Below are positions 31,505 to 41,890 of a stretch of 64,000 nt of DNA, piece by piece. A model generated the notes under the pieces. That model was not told the origin of the DNA. It did not search any database and saw only the letters and a program-made list of their open reading frames with translations. Origin of the DNA: Thermoanaerobaculia bacterium (GTDB taxonomy: Bacteria; Acidobacteriota; Thermoanaerobaculia; UBA5066); contig JBBRRY010000001.1 in NCBI GenBank assembly GCA_038245905.1, positions 96,001 through 160,000 of the forward strand. The letters run 5' to 3'. Numbering within the stretch: position 1 is the first letter of the stretch; each line of letters begins with the position of its first letter. The translations under genes were made by a program, and so were the position numbers.

Positions 31505-32731
31505 CTACGCGGTGAGGCCCTTCACCTTTCGATAGGCGGGGAGCGCCGCCGCGAGAATCCGCACGGAATCCCGGAGGTCGTCCTCCTTCAGGACATATGC
31601 GATGCGGACCTCGTCGAGCCCGAGGCCCGGGGTGACGTAGAAGCCGCTGGCGGGGGCGACCAGGACGGTCTTGCTCTCGAAGGCGAAGTCCGAGAGGAGC
31701 CAGGCGGCGAAGTCGTCGCTGTCCTGAACGGGCAGCCGCGCCACGAAGTAGAACGCGCCCTCGGGCTTTCGGAGGAAAACGCCGGGGATCTTCGAGAGCC
31801 CCTCGTACAGCGTGTCGCGCCTCTTCTGGTACTCGTTGATGATGCCCTGGTAGTACTCCGGCCCCAGCTCCAGTGCCCCGGGCGCGATGTATTGGGCGAG
31901 CCCCGGCGGCGAGAGGCGGCCCTGGGCCATGCGATTGCAGGCCCCTGCCACTTCGACGTTTCGGGTTACGAGGGAGCCGAGCCGAATCCCACAGGCCGAG
32001 AAACGCTTCGAGAGCGAGTCCACGACCACGACCTCGTCCTCGAATCCCGCAAGCGAGAGGGCACTCACGGTCTTCCGGTTGTCGTAGAGAAACTCCCGGT
32101 AGACCTCGTCGGACACGAAGAAGAGGCCGTGATCCCGGCAGAACTCGGCCGTGTGGACGATCTCCTCCTTCGAATAGACGGTCCCGGTCGGGTTGTTCGG
32201 ATTGCAGAGGAGGACGAGACGGGTCTTCGGCGTCAGCGCCTTCTCCCACTCGGCGCGAACCGGAAGGTGGAATCCATCCTCACCGCGCGTGACGATGGGC
32301 TTGAGCGTGAGGCCCGCCATTTGGGCGAACGAGCGATAGTTCGTGTACAGGGGCTCGACCGTCAGGATTTCGCCGCCGGGATCCGAGCACGCCATGAAGG
32401 CGAAAAGCAGCGCCTCGCTGCCGCCCGTCGTCGCGAGAATCTCTCGGGTCTCGAGCGCAATCCCGAGCTTCGCGTAGTACGCGCGAAGGAATGCCAGGTA
32501 CTCGGGCGTCCCGTTGGACGGCGAGTAGGCGTAGACCTTGTCCTTCAAGGCGGCGAGCCGGCGCCTCATCGGCTCGGGCGTCTCGAGGTCGGGCTGGCCG
32601 ATGTTCAGGTGCAGGACCTTCACCCCGCGCTTCTTCGCCTCTTCCGCCAGCGGCATTAGCTTGCGGATCGGCGAGGCCGGCATGTCGAGGCCGCGCTGGG
32701 AGACGCGGGCGGCTGTCTTGGTCGTGCTCAT
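31505..32731 (-). CDS. PLP-dependent class I/II aminotransferase (aspartate aminotransferase-like)
   Basis: LNIGQPD, CNPNNPTG, SDEVYREF and DSLSKRFSACGIRLG motifs. Confidence 0.92.
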   Translation of the reverse strand: MSTTKTAARVSQRGLDMPASPIRKLMPLAEEAKKRGVKVLHLNIGQPDLETPEPMRRRLAALKDKVYAYSPSNGTPEYLAFLRAYYAKLGIALETREILATTGGSEALLFAFMACSDPGGEILTVEPLYTNYRSFAQMAGLTLKPIVTRGEDGFHLPVRAEWEKALTPKTRLVLLCNPNNPTGTVYSKEEIVHTAEFCRDHGLFFVSDEVYREFLYDNRKTVSALSLAGFEDEVVVVDSLSKRFSACGIRLGSLVTRNVEVAGACNRMAQGRLSPPGLAQYIAPGALELGPEYYQGIINEYQKRRDTLYEGLSKIPGVFLRKPEGAFYFVARLPVQDSDDFAAWLLSDFAFESKTVLVAPASGFYVTPGLGLDEVRIAYVLKEDDLRDSVRILAAALPAYRKVKGLTA

Positions 32732-32737
32732 GGCCCG

Positions 32738-33745
32738 TCAGGTTAGCAAAAGAACGCCCGCCTCGAGCCCGGCTGCCGAGAGCAGACCAGCGATGTCCGC
32801 CGGGACGGGCGCCGTGAAGGTCATTTTCTCGCCCGTGGTCGGGTGCTTCAGCGTGAGTCGCCATGCGTGGAGCGCCTGCCGGGAGAAGGTCTTGCAGGCA
32901 TCGGCGAGCGTGACGTCCTTGAGGCCCTTCCAGCGGGGCGATCCATAGACGGGATCGCCGACGACGGGCAGGTTCATCGCCTTCAGGTGCACCCGGATCT
33001 GGTGCGTGCGGCCCGTGACGAGCGTGCACTTCAGGAGCGTGAGGCCGGAACATGAGCCCGAAGATTCGGATAGAATTTCATAAAAAGTGGAAGAGTCGCG
33101 GCCCTCGCTCTTCGAGACCGCCATGCGTTTGCGGTCGGCGGGATCGCGGAGGATCTTGAAGTCGATGCGCCCCTTTCGGAGAGGCGCCTTGCCGTAAACC
33201 ACGGCCAGATATTCCTTTTCAAGGAGTCTTTCCTTCATTGCCCGCCCGAGCACCGCCATCGCCCGCTCAGTCTTCGCGATCACGAGGACGCCCGACGTGT
33301 CCTTGTCCAGCCGGTGAACGAGACCGGGTCGGTCGGCGGGGCCGGCCCAGTCCTTCGAGCGAAAGAGCAGGGCGTTGACGAGAGTGCCGTCCCAGTGGCC
33401 GGCCGCGGGATGCACGACGAGACCGGGGGGCTTGTTCAGAACGAGGATTTCGGAGTCTTCGAAAAGGACGGAGAGCGGGATGTCCTGCGGGACGATTGCG
33501 GTCTTTGGCGGACGCGGCGGCGGCAACTCGATCTCGATTTCGTCTCCGGTTTTCACCTTCTCGGAAGTCTTCCCTGGTCTTTTTCCCGCGATGGTCACGT
33601 TCCCGTTTTCGATCCACTCCTGGATTCTCGTTCGCGAGGCCTCGGGCAGGTCGTTCAGGTGGCGGAGGAGGACGCGGTCGACGCGCTCGCCGGCATCCCC
33701 CCGATCGGCGCGAAAGGCACGCCGAGGCCGGGGCGCGTCGCTCAC
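32738..33745 (-). CDS. rluD: RluA/RluD family 23S rRNA pseudouridine synthase
   Basis: S4 domain, NKPPGLVVHP, VHRLDKDTSG, TGRTHQIRVH and RQALHA motifs. GTG start overlaps the lgt stop. Confidence 0.88.
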   Translation of the reverse strand: MSDAPRPRRAFRADRGDAGERVDRVLLRHLNDLPEASRTRIQEWIENGNVTIAGKRPGKTSEKVKTGDEIEIELPPPRPPKTAIVPQDIPLSVLFEDSEILVLNKPPGLVVHPAAGHWDGTLVNALLFRSKDWAGPADRPGLVHRLDKDTSGVLVIAKTERAMAVLGRAMKERLLEKEYLAVVYGKAPLRKGRIDFKILRDPADRKRMAVSKSEGRDSSTFYEILSESSGSCSGLTLLKCTLVTGRTHQIRVHLKAMNLPVVGDPVYGSPRWKGLKDVTLADACKTFSRQALHAWRLTLKHPTTGEKMTFTAPVPADIAGLLSAAGLEAGVLLLT

Positions 33746-34533
33746 GCCGCTCGAACGGCGGCCGGCGCGGGCGCCGTCTTGCGGCGCAGGGCCCAGATCG
33801 CGGCCGCCGTGGCGGCGAGGCACAAGGCGATGAACTGCGAAGTCGACAGAGCACCGAAGACCGAACCGCGCGGATCGCCGCGGAAGATCTCGATCGTGAA
33901 ACGGAGGACCGCGTACCCGAAGAGGTAGCGCACGAACGTCTCCCCGGAGTATCGGCGGCGCTCGAACGCGAGGAGGAGGAGACAGAGGGCGAGAGTGCCG
34001 ACGGCCTCGTAGATCTGCGTGGGATGGAGCGGGACTCCGAGCGGGACGCCGACATTTTCGTTCGCCTTCGGGTCGGAGAAGGTGATCGCCCAGGGCAGGT
34101 CGCAGTGGCGGCCCCAGCAGCAGCCCGCGAGGAGGCAGCCCACGCGGCCCAGGGACTGCCCGAGCGCGATCGACGGCGCCGCGCTGTCGGCGAATGTGAA
34201 GAAGGGGATCCGACGCTTCCGAAGGAGGATCGCCGTGCCCACGACCGCGCCGATCAGGCCGCCGTAGAAGACGCCGCCTGCCCGTGCGAGATCCTTCAGG
34301 CCGTCCCAGGACGACACGTAGTGCGGCCACTCGACGATGACGAGCAGCAGTTTTGCGCCCACGAGACCCGACAGAAGAAGCCAGATTCCGACGTCCGACG
34401 CTGCGTCCAGCGCGATCCCGAACCCGGGCGCCCGCTTTCGGAGGAGCCACAGCGCGGCGAGGAAGGCGAGCGCCATCATCAGGCCGTAGCTCGGCAACGC
34501 GAACGAACCGATGTGGATCAGTTCTGGGTGCAT
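33742..34533 (-). CDS. lgt: Prolipoprotein diacylglyceryl transferase
   Basis: MHPEL..IG, SYG, GGVFYGG, GRVGCLLAGCCWG, HPTQIYE and EIFRGD motifs. Confidence 0.93.
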   Translation of the reverse strand: MHPELIHIGSFALPSYGLMMALAFLAALWLLRKRAPGFGIALDAASDVGIWLLLSGLVGAKLLLVIVEWPHYVSSWDGLKDLARAGGVFYGGLIGAVVGTAILLRKRRIPFFTFADSAAPSIALGQSLGRVGCLLAGCCWGRHCDLPWAITFSDPKANENVGVPLGVPLHPTQIYEAVGTLALCLLLLAFERRRYSGETFVRYLFGYAVLRFTIEIFRGDPRGSVFGALSTSQFIALCLAATAAAIWALRRKTAPAPAAVRAA

Positions 34534-35018
34534 GTCTCGGGCTCTTTCCCCGGATGGCGCCAGATGTCCCAGGCGAGAAGGACGACGCCCACGCTGATGG
34601 CGCTGTCGGCTACGTTGAACGAGGGCCATTCCCAGCGACCCACGTAAAATCGCAGGAAGTCCGTCACCGACTGGAACCGGACCCGGTCGATCAGGTTTCC
34701 GACCGCTCCCCCGAGGACGAGCGCCAGAGCCGTCTGGAGCCGCGTGAGCGTCGCGGGCGAAGAGAGGGACCAGGCGAGAACGGAAAGAAACACGCCGCCG
34801 GCCACTAGCGTCAGGATCGTCGCCCGCGCGGGCGAGCTGAACGACGCAAAAATGCCGAACGCCGCGCCGGGGTTTCGCACGTGCGTCAGGTCGAAGAAGC
34901 CCCGAATCACGGGAATCGTGTCGTGAAGCGGGATGCGCGCCGACACGACCGCCTTCGTGATCTGGTCCAGAACCACGACGGCGATGGAAATTCCGAAATA
35001 GACGAGCCGGCGCGGCAC
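34518..35018 (-). CDS. lspA: Lipoprotein signal peptidase II
   Basis: DQITK, NPGAAFG, GAVGNLIDRV and FNVADSAI motifs. Confidence 0.95.
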   Translation of the reverse strand: MPRRLVYFGISIAVVVLDQITKAVVSARIPLHDTIPVIRGFFDLTHVRNPGAAFGIFASFSSPARATILTLVAGGVFLSVLAWSLSSPATLTRLQTALALVLGGAVGNLIDRVRFQSVTDFLRFYVGRWEWPSFNVADSAISVGVVLLAWDIWRHPGKEPETCTQN

Positions 35019-35027
35019 GGGAGGATT

Positions 35028-37985
35028 CTACTCCCCGACGACGCGCCGGCAGCGCGCGCAGATTCCGTCGTCTCCGGGCTCGACGTCCTTCCGGACCTGC
35101 CAGCAGCGCGGGCACTTCAGGCCATCGGCGGGGCGGACCGCGAAGATCTCCGTCCCGCCCTCCCGCACGACCGATGGCGTTCCGAAGAGGTCCGCGAGTT
35201 TTTCTTCTGAAAGGGAAAGAATGGCGAGCGCCTCGTCGACCTCGCCGCCCCGGCCCACGACGGGCGTCGCCTGAGAGGCGGAGCCGACCTTTCCTTCCCG
35301 GCGAAGGGGTTCGAGCTGCGCGAGGAAGTTCGCTCGGAGCGCGAGCATCGTCCCCCAGGCCTTCCTCTCATTCACAGAAATCTCCGGTAGCCGGAGGTCG
35401 CTCCAGCTCTTCAGGAAGAGCGCGGACGAATCCCCCGCGTACCCTGGGACGGCCTCCCAGATCTCCTCGGCCGTGAACGGGCAGATCGGCGAGAGCGCAA
35501 GTGCGATCGTCTCGACGAGTTTCCAGGCGGCCGTCTGGGCGGAGCGCCGGACGGAATCGTTCGCCGCGAGGACGTAGAAGGCGTCCTTGCGGACGTCGCA
35601 CCAGAAGGCCGAGAGGTCGATCGTGACGAGGTCCAGGAGCCGGCGCGCGACCGCATGGAACTCGTAGCGCGCGTACGCGTCGCGCGCCTCGGCCGCGAAC
35701 CGGGCCGCGGCGTCGAGCACCCAGCGGTCGAGCGGCTCCATGCTCGCGGCCGGCACCGCATCCGTCGCCGGATCAAAATCGAAGAGGTTCGAGAGGAGGA
35801 AGCGCGCCGTGTTCCGGATCTTCCGGTAGGCCTCGGCGGTGCGCAGCAGGATCTCCTTCGAGAGCGGGTCGTCGCTCGTGTAGTCGAGCGAGGCGACCCA
35901 GAGGCGGATCACGTCCGCGCCGTCCGTCTTGAGGAGCTCCTGCGGCTCGATCGTATTGCCGAGAGACTTCGACATTTTTCGGCCGTCGCCCGCGACGACG
36001 AATCCATGGGTAAGAACGACGTCGTACGGCGCGCGGCCGGTCAGCGCGACGGACGTGAGGAGCGACGACTGGAACCACCCGCGGTGCTGGTCGTGCCCTT
36101 CGAGGTACATGACCGGCACCGGCGGCTGAGAAAGGTACGGATCGGCGAGGCCGTAGTCGCCCGAACGCAACACCGCGGCGTGCGAAACGCCGGAGTCGAA
36201 CCATACGTCGAGGATATCCTTGAGCTTCTCGAACGACGTTCCGCCGCAGCGCGAGCACGCTGGAGAAACAGAAGAGGAAGATTTGCTTAGGAAGTAAGAG
36301 GGAGGGAACGCATCGTCATACCAGGCATTCGCACCGTGCTCTCGGAAAGTACCTCTTACACCTTCAAAGAAATCTTCTCTTTCTTTCTTGTCTTTGTCGG
36401 GTATGTCGCCTACGACCCGCGGGAAGTGGCTGACGACGCCCTTCTCCTTGCAGTCGACGCACCGGAGAAACGTGATCGGCGACCCCCAGCGGCGCTGGCG
36501 GGAGATCGTCCACTCCAGACGGTTGTCCACCATGGCACCGATGCGGTTCTCGCTGTACGACGGGATCCACTCAACATGGCCGCGGATCTCCGACATCGCC
36601 GTCTCGCGGAGCGCCCCGAGGTCGATGAACCATTGATGCGTCGCCCGGAAGATGACCGGGTTCTTGCAGCGCCAGCAATGGGGATAGGAGTGAGGGGATT
36701 TCTTCGAGCTGAGAAGAAGAGCGCCAGACGCTTCTCCCTTCGTCAACTCTTCGAGAACTGCCGCATTCGCGTCGTCGGCAGGCGTCTTCGGTGTGACGAC
36801 GCGCTTTCCCCGAAACTGCTCGGGGGCGTTCGCGTCGAAGTACCCGCCCTCGTCGACCGGGCAGAGCGCCGGGTCGTCTACCTTCTTACCGGCCCGTTTG
36901 ACGACCTCGTAGTCGTCGCGGCCGTGGCCGGGCGCCGTGTGGACGAGGCCCGTGCCGTCCGACGTCGAGACGTGCTCGCCGAGGAGGAACCCGAAATTGT
37001 CGAATGGATCGGACGCGAACGGGCGGGCGTATCGCAATGCGGGCGTTGCCGCGGCAATCGATTCGCCGCTCTTTTTCGAAAGGGGAAGAGGGGTGGCGTC
37101 GCGCCATCCCAGCGCGGCCGTCACTTGCGGCACGAGCGCGTGGGCGACGAGGTAGGCGGCGCCCGGCTCGGATTCCCTTCTCAGAAGAACATATTCGATC
37201 TTCGGACCCAGCGCGATGGCCCTGTTGGCGGGCAACGTCCACGGCGTCGTCGTCCAGACGAGGGCGTAGACGCGCGGCGATCCGACGGCCTCCAGCGCGT
37301 CGCCCCACGTACCCCTCGAAGAAATCTCTTCCACAGGCATTCCGACGTAGATCGACCAGTCCGTCTTGTCTTCGTACTCGATCTCCGCCTCGGCGAGCGC
37401 CGTGCGGTCGTGGACGCACCAGAGGACGGCCTTGAAGCCGAACGAGACGAGGCCCTTCTCGACGAACCGGCCGAACGCCCGCGCGATCTCGGACTGGTAC
37501 GAGAAGTCCATCGTCTTGTACGGTGACTGCCAGGCCCCGAGGACGCCGAGGCGCATGAAGTCGGTCCGCTGGACGTCGATCCACTTCTCCGCGTACGCCC
37601 GGCAGGCGTCGCGGACCGCGACGTCGGTCATCGCGCGCTTCTTCGGGCCCAGCTCCTTGTCGACCTTGATCTCGATCGGCAGGCCGTGGCAGTCCCAGCC
37701 CGGCACATAGGGCGCGTCGAAGCCGGCGAGCGTTTTCGAGCGGACGACGAGATCCTTGAGGATTTTGTTCATCGCCGTCCCCATGTGAATCCGGCCGTTC
37801 GCGTAGGGCGGTCCGTCGTGCAGGAGAAACTGCGGGGCGCCCTTGCGGGCGGCGCGGATGCGGCCGTAGAGGTCCCCGTCCACCCAGCGCGCGAGTCGCG
37901 CGGGCTCCCGCTTCGGGAGGTCCGCTCTCATGGGGAACTCCGTCTGCGGGAGCAGGAGGGTGGATTTCCAGTCGCGTCCGCTCAT
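35028..37985 (-). CDS. ileS: Isoleucine--tRNA ligase (type 1)
   Basis: [47 protein letters not shown], and a C-terminal CPRC..CARC Zn finger. ATG at 37985. Confidence 0.96.
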   Translation of the reverse strand: MSGRDWKSTLLLPQTEFPMRADLPKREPARLARWVDGDLYGRIRAARKGAPQFLLHDGPPYANGRIHMGTAMNKILKDLVVRSKTLAGFDAPYVPGWDCHGLPIEIKVDKELGPKKRAMTDVAVRDACRAYAEKWIDVQRTDFMRLGVLGAWQSPYKTMDFSYQSEIARAFGRFVEKGLVSFGFKAVLWCVHDRTALAEAEIEYEDKTDWSIYVGMPVEEISSRGTWGDALEAVGSPRVYALVWTTTPWTLPANRAIALGPKIEYVLLRRESEPGAAYLVAHALVPQVTAALGWRDATPLPLSKKSGESIAAATPALRYARPFASDPFDNFGFLLGEHVSTSDGTGLVHTAPGHGRDDYEVVKRAGKKVDDPALCPVDEGGYFDANAPEQFRGKRVVTPKTPADDANAAVLEELTKGEASGALLLSSKKSPHSYPHCWRCKNPVIFRATHQWFIDLGALRETAMSEIRGHVEWIPSYSENRIGAMVDNRLEWTISRQRRWGSPITFLRCVDCKEKGVVSHFPRVVGDIPDKDKKEREDFFEGVRGTFREHGANAWYDDAFPPSYFLSKSSSSVSPACSRCGGTSFEKLKDILDVWFDSGVSHAAVLRSGDYGLADPYLSQPPVPVMYLEGHDQHRGWFQSSLLTSVALTGRAPYDVVLTHGFVVAGDGRKMSKSLGNTIEPQELLKTDGADVIRLWVASLDYTSDDPLSKEILLRTAEAYRKIRNTARFLLSNLFDFDPATDAVPAASMEPLDRWVLDAAARFAAEARDAYARYEFHAVARRLLDLVTIDLSAFWCDVRKDAFYVLAANDSVRRSAQTAAWKLVETIALALSPICPFTAEEIWEAVPGYAGDSSALFLKSWSDLRLPEISVNERKAWGTMLALRANFLAQLEPLRREGKVGSASQATPVVGRGGEVDEALAILSLSEEKLADLFGTPSVVREGGTEIFAVRPADGLKCPRCWQVRKDVEPGDDGICARCRRVVGE
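35196..35385. repeat. Degenerate convergent pair of the GAAGATT motif (ileS 3' part)
   Basis: + GAGTTTTTCTTCTGAAAGGGAAAGA (about 35196-35220); - GGAGATTTCTGTGAATGAGAGGAAG (about 35361-35385). Confidence 0.45.
36271..36395. repeat. Convergent pair of the dispersed GAAGATT motif, in ileS
   Basis: + GAAGAGGAAGATTTGCTTAGGAAGTAAGAGGGAGGG (36271-36306); - AAGAAAGAAAGAGAAGATTTCTTTGAAGGTGTAAGAGG (36352-36389). Confidence 0.8.
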
Positions 37986-38081
37986 GTGAGCCGCGGAGGT
38001 TACGCGGTCGCCCCGCGCGCGGCAACCCGGCGAGGCACGCGCGGGTTGCTTCCGCGTGGCTTCCTTTACACTCCGGCCCGC

Positions 38082-39026
38082 ATGGTGAAGATCCGCACAG
38101 GCATCGTCGGCTGCGGCTATCTCGGCCGGCACCACGCGCGGATCCTGACCGAGCTCGAAGGTTCGGAGCCCGTCGGCTTCGTCGACGGAGACGACGCCAC
38201 GGCCCGGGCAATCGAAGCCGCGCACGGAGCAAAGGGTCTCGTGAGGAGAAGCTCCGTGAAGGAGCTTCTCGACGCGGGCGCTCGCGCGGTCGTCGTCGCG
38301 TCGCCGACCTCCACGCACGCGGAGGTGGCGGAGGAGCTTCTCGAAGGAGGCGCCGACGTGATGGTCGAAAAGCCCATCACCGTGACGCTCGCGGACGCCG
38401 ACCGGCTCGTCGCCCTCGCACGGGCCAAGGGGCGCGTCCTGCAAGTGGGCCACATCGAGCGTTTCAACCCCGCCGTCGTCGCCGTTCGCCCGCTCGTGAC
38501 CAACGTGAAGTTCATCGAGGCGCACCGGCTCGGGGTGTTCGTGCCGCGCGCTCTCGACGTGGACGTGGTCCTCGACCTCCTCGTGCACGACCTCGACATC
38601 GCGCTCGACCTCGTGGGCCGGCCCGTCACCGAAATTCGGGCAGTCGGCGTTCCGATCCTGAGCGAGAAGATCGACATTGCCTCCGTGCGTCTGTCGTTCG
38701 AAGGCGGCTGCGTCGCGAACCTGACGGCCTCGCGCGTCTCGCAGGAGAAGACCCGAAAGTTCCGGTTCTTCCAGCCCGACTGGTATTTCTCGATCGACAC
38801 GCAGAATCGCGACGTGACGGCCTTCCGTCTCGATCGGCTGAGCGGCCCGCCGCGCATCGTGCCGTGGCCCGTGGCGGTCGAGCCCGCGGACGCGCTCACC
38901 GCCGAGGATGCCGCGTTCCTGAAGGCCTGCGCCGAACGCAGCGAGCCCGAAGTCACGGGAGAAGCCGGCCGCGCGGCGCTGAAGCTCGCTCTCGACATCC
39001 TCGAGGAGATGGGGCGGGGGAGATGA
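38082..39026 (+). CDS. Gfo/Idh/MocA family oxidoreductase
   Basis: [34 protein letters not shown] and ANLTASRVS motifs. Confidence 0.88.
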   Translation: MVKIRTGIVGCGYLGRHHARILTELEGSEPVGFVDGDDATARAIEAAHGAKGLVRRSSVKELLDAGARAVVVASPTSTHAEVAEELLEGGADVMVEKPITVTLADADRLVALARAKGRVLQVGHIERFNPAVVAVRPLVTNVKFIEAHRLGVFVPRALDVDVVLDLLVHDLDIALDLVGRPVTEIRAVGVPILSEKIDIASVRLSFEGGCVANLTASRVSQEKTRKFRFFQPDWYFSIDTQNRDVTAFRLDRLSGPPRIVPWPVAVEPADALTAEDAAFLKACAERSEPEVTGEAGRAALKLALDILEEMGRGR

Positions 39027-39883
39027 CGAAAGAGATTCACCGCATCGGCCTCATCGGAGGATCGGGCCTGTATTCGCTGCCCGGTCTCGAGGTCACCCGC
39101 GAGATCAGGCTTCGGACTCCCTTCGGCTCCCCGTCCGACTCTTTCATTCTAGGAAATCTCTCTTCGGTCCCCGTGGCGTTCCTCGCCCGCCACGGCCGCC
39201 ATCACTTGCTCCTGCCGGGTGAGGTCAACTACCGCGCGAACATCTGGGGCTTCCGGAAGCTTGGCTGCTCGTGGCTGATCTCGGCTTCCGCCTGCGGCTC
39301 GATGAAGGAGGCGTACAAGCCGGCCGACATCGTCCTTCCGGACCAGTTCATCGACCTGACGAAGCACCGGGTCTCGACGTTTTTCGGCGGCGGCTGCGTG
39401 GGTCACGTCTCGTTCGCATACCCGGTCTCGACCGTCCTGCTCGATGCCCTCGCAGCGGCCGCAAAAGTTGAGGGCGCGGTATGTCACGGCGGCGGGACGT
39501 ACCTTTGCATCGAAGGACCCCAGTTTTCCACGAAGGCCGAGTCGTCGCTCTACCGCTCGTGGGGTGTCGACGTGATCGGCATGACGAACGCCACCGAAGC
39601 AAAGCTCTGCCGGGAGGCCGGAATCGGCTACGCCTCCATGGCCCTCGTCACCGACTATGACTGCTGGCACGAGGAGGAGGCCGCCGTCTCGGTGGAGGCC
39701 GTCCTCGCCGTCCTCAAGCAGAACGCGGGCACCGCGAACCGCGTCCTCGCGAACGCCGTGCGGCACCTCGATCCCGATCGGCCGAGCGACTGTGCGGATG
39801 CTCTCGCGTGGGCCGTCCTCACGGCGGAAGAACGCATTTTACCCGCCGCCGCGAGGCGCCTCGCGCTGTTCCTGAAGAAATGA
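39023..39883 (+). CDS. mtnP: S-methyl-5'-thioadenosine phosphorylase
   Basis: [38 protein letters not shown] and TDYDCW motifs. Confidence 0.92.
   Translation: MTKEIHRIGLIGGSGLYSLPGLEVTREIRLRTPFGSPSDSFILGNLSSVPVAFLARHGRHHLLLPGEVNYRANIWGFRKLGCSWLISASACGSMKEAYKPADIVLPDQFIDLTKHRVSTFFGGGCVGHVSFAYPVSTVLLDALAAAAKVEGAVCHGGGTYLCIEGPQFSTKAESSLYRSWGVDVIGMTNATEAKLCREAGIGYASMALVTDYDCWHEEEAAVSVEAVLAVLKQNAGTANRVLANAVRHLDPDRPSDCADALAWAVLTAEERILPAAARRLALFLKK
39138..39165 (-). repeat. Single copy of the GAAGATT motif, in mtnP
   Basis: Minus strand reads GAAGAGAGATTTCCTAGAATGAAAGAG. Confidence 0.65.
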
Positions 39884-39899
39884 AGAAGAAAGAGGTCAG

Positions 39900-40910
39900 A
39901 TGACTGCACGCCGCATCGTCGTCACTGGTTCCGTCGCCTACGACTACCTCATGACGTTCCCGGGGAAATTCCTCGATGTCGTCGTGCCCGACCGAATGGA
40001 CCGACTCTCCGTCTCCTTTCTCGTGGATTCGATGCGGAAAGTGCGGGGTGGGGTAGCCCCGAACATTGCCTACACGCTCGCGCTCCTCGGCCACAGGCCC
40101 GTCATCATGGCAACCGCGGGCGTCGACGCGCTCGACTACAGCCGCTGGCTGGCCGAGCAGGGCGTGGACACCTCGAGTCTCCACATCTGCGACGACCTCT
40201 ACACAGCCTCGTTCTTCGTCTCTACGGACCAATGCCAGAACCAGATCGCGACGTTCTATACGGGGGCCATGGCTCGCGCGGCGACGCTCTCATTCCGCGA
40301 TCTCTCCCTGAGCGCCGTGAGTCTTGCCGTCATTTCGCCGAACGACCCGGAGGCGATGGCGAAGTACGCGAAGGAGTGTCGCGAGCTGCACATCTCCTAT
40401 GTCTACGATCCGAGCCAGCAGGTCGCGCGACTCTCGGGCAGCGACCTCCTCGCCGGGCTGAGAGGCGCCGCCCTCCTGATCGCGAACGAGTACGAGTTCG
40501 GCGTCATCGAGAAGAAGACAGGCCTTTCGGAAGCCCAGATGCTCGACGAGGTGCCCGCCCTGATCGTGACGCGAGGCGCCGAAGGCTCCACGATCGCCCT
40601 CCAGGGCGGACAACCCGAGGCGGCCGCGGGCGCCACCACCTTACGGATCCCGCCGGCCAGCTTGCGCGGTCCCGCAGTCGACCCGACGGGCGTGGGCGAC
40701 GCCTTCCGGGGCGGGCTCCTCGCGGCAAGGCACCTCGGGCTACCGTGGGAGGTTGCGGGCCGGGTCGGCAGCGTCGCCGCCGTCTATACGCTCGAAGCCC
40801 TCGGTCCGCAGCCGGCGCGCTACGCGCTCGCCGACTTCGTCGCCCGCTATCGCGAGAATTTCGGCTTCGAGGGACCTCACGCGCGAGTCGGCGAGCTCCT
40901 GCCACGCTGA
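39900..40910 (+). CDS. PfkB-family carbohydrate kinase (adenosine kinase-like)
   Basis: VTGSVAYDYLM, GGVAPNIAY, NEYE and DPTGVGDAFRGG motifs. Confidence 0.88.
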   Translation: MTARRIVVTGSVAYDYLMTFPGKFLDVVVPDRMDRLSVSFLVDSMRKVRGGVAPNIAYTLALLGHRPVIMATAGVDALDYSRWLAEQGVDTSSLHICDDLYTASFFVSTDQCQNQIATFYTGAMARAATLSFRDLSLSAVSLAVISPNDPEAMAKYAKECRELHISYVYDPSQQVARLSGSDLLAGLRGAALLIANEYEFGVIEKKTGLSEAQMLDEVPALIVTRGAEGSTIALQGGQPEAAAGATTLRIPPASLRGPAVDPTGVGDAFRGGLLAARHLGLPWEVAGRVGSVAAVYTLEALGPQPARYALADFVARYRENFGFEGPHARVGELLPR

Positions 40911-40932
40911 GGCTGATACAATCTCCGGTCCC

Positions 40933-41430
40933 ATGAACGTGATCGAAGGCCACCTCTCTTCCGCAGGACGCCGATTCGGCATCGTGGCCGCTAGGACGAA
41001 CGACCTCGTGGTGTCGCGCCTCGTCGACGGAGCCCTCGATGCGTTCCGCCGGACCGGCGCAGCCGACCAGGACGTCGTCCTCGTCCGCGCTCCCGGCGCC
41101 TGGGAGATCCCGCTCGTCCTCCGCGATCTCGCACGTTCGGGCAGGTTCGACGCGCTCGTGGCGCTGGGTGCCGTGCTGCGCGGCGGTACGCCGCATTTCG
41201 ACTACGTGGCGGGGGAGACGGCGAAGGGCGTGTTTCAGGTCTCCCTCGAGATCGACCTTCCCGTCGCGTTCGGCGTCCTCACCTGCGATACGCTCGAACA
41301 GGCGCTCGAGCGCTCCGGTGCAAAGGGCGGGAACAAGGGCTTCGAAGCGGCCATGGCCGCCGTCGAGTCCGCGAGCCTTCGCGCGAACCTGAAGCAGGCT
41401 CCCGCCAAGTCTTCGCGCCCCGCGCGCTGA
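40933..41430 (+). CDS. ribH: 6,7-dimethyl-8-ribityllumazine synthase
   Basis: PGAWEIP, GAVLRGGTPHFDYV, FGVLTCDT and GNKG motifs. Confidence 0.95.
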   Translation: MNVIEGHLSSAGRRFGIVAARTNDLVVSRLVDGALDAFRRTGAADQDVVLVRAPGAWEIPLVLRDLARSGRFDALVALGAVLRGGTPHFDYVAGETAKGVFQVSLEIDLPVAFGVLTCDTLEQALERSGAKGGNKGFEAAMAAVESASLRANLKQAPAKSSRPAR

Positions 41431-41452
41431 CGGCCGGGCGAAAGGGACGCGT

Positions 41453-41890
41453 GTGAGCGGCCGCCGGCGGAAGTCCCGAGAGCTGGCGCTTCAGCTCCTC
41501 TATCAGAACGACCTCGCGGGAACGCCGCCCGAGGAGATGTTCACGCGCACCGAGGAATACGTCCTTGCGCGTCCCGAGGTCCAGGAATACGCCCAGCGCC
41601 TCGTCCTGGGGACGCTCGCGAGGCGCGACGAGCTGGACGTGAAACTGTCCGAGCGGTCCGAGCACTGGCGGCTCGGCCGGATGGCGGCGGTCGACCGCAA
41701 TCTCCTCAGGCTCGCCCTCTACGAGCTTCTCTTCGAGGAAGACATTCCGGACGCCGTCGTGATCGACGAAGCCGTCGAGATCGCGAAGAAGTTCTCGACA
41801 CCGTCGTCCGGCCCCTTCGTGAACGGCGTCCTCGACGCGATCCGCCGCGCCACGTTCGGCCCGCGGATTCCCGCCCGAGAGGGCGGCTGA
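41453..41890 (+). CDS. nusB: Transcription antitermination factor NusB
   Basis: RRKSRELALQLLYQ, DRNLLRLA, DEAVEIAKKF and FVNGVLD motifs. Confidence 0.95.
   Translation: MSGRRRKSRELALQLLYQNDLAGTPPEEMFTRTEEYVLARPEVQEYAQRLVLGTLARRDELDVKLSERSEHWRLGRMAAVDRNLLRLALYELLFEEDIPDAVVIDEAVEIAKKFSTPSSGPFVNGVLDAIRRATFGPRIPAREGG

Noticed and set aside
37986-38588. Apparent 200-aa N-terminal extension of IleRS in the ORF track
   Set aside because: It is the antisense of the Gfo/Idh/MocA gene; IleRS homology starts at ATG 37985.
39873-39899. A/G-rich spacer between mtnP and pfkB
   Set aside because: No GATT core; plausibly just an A-rich RBS region.
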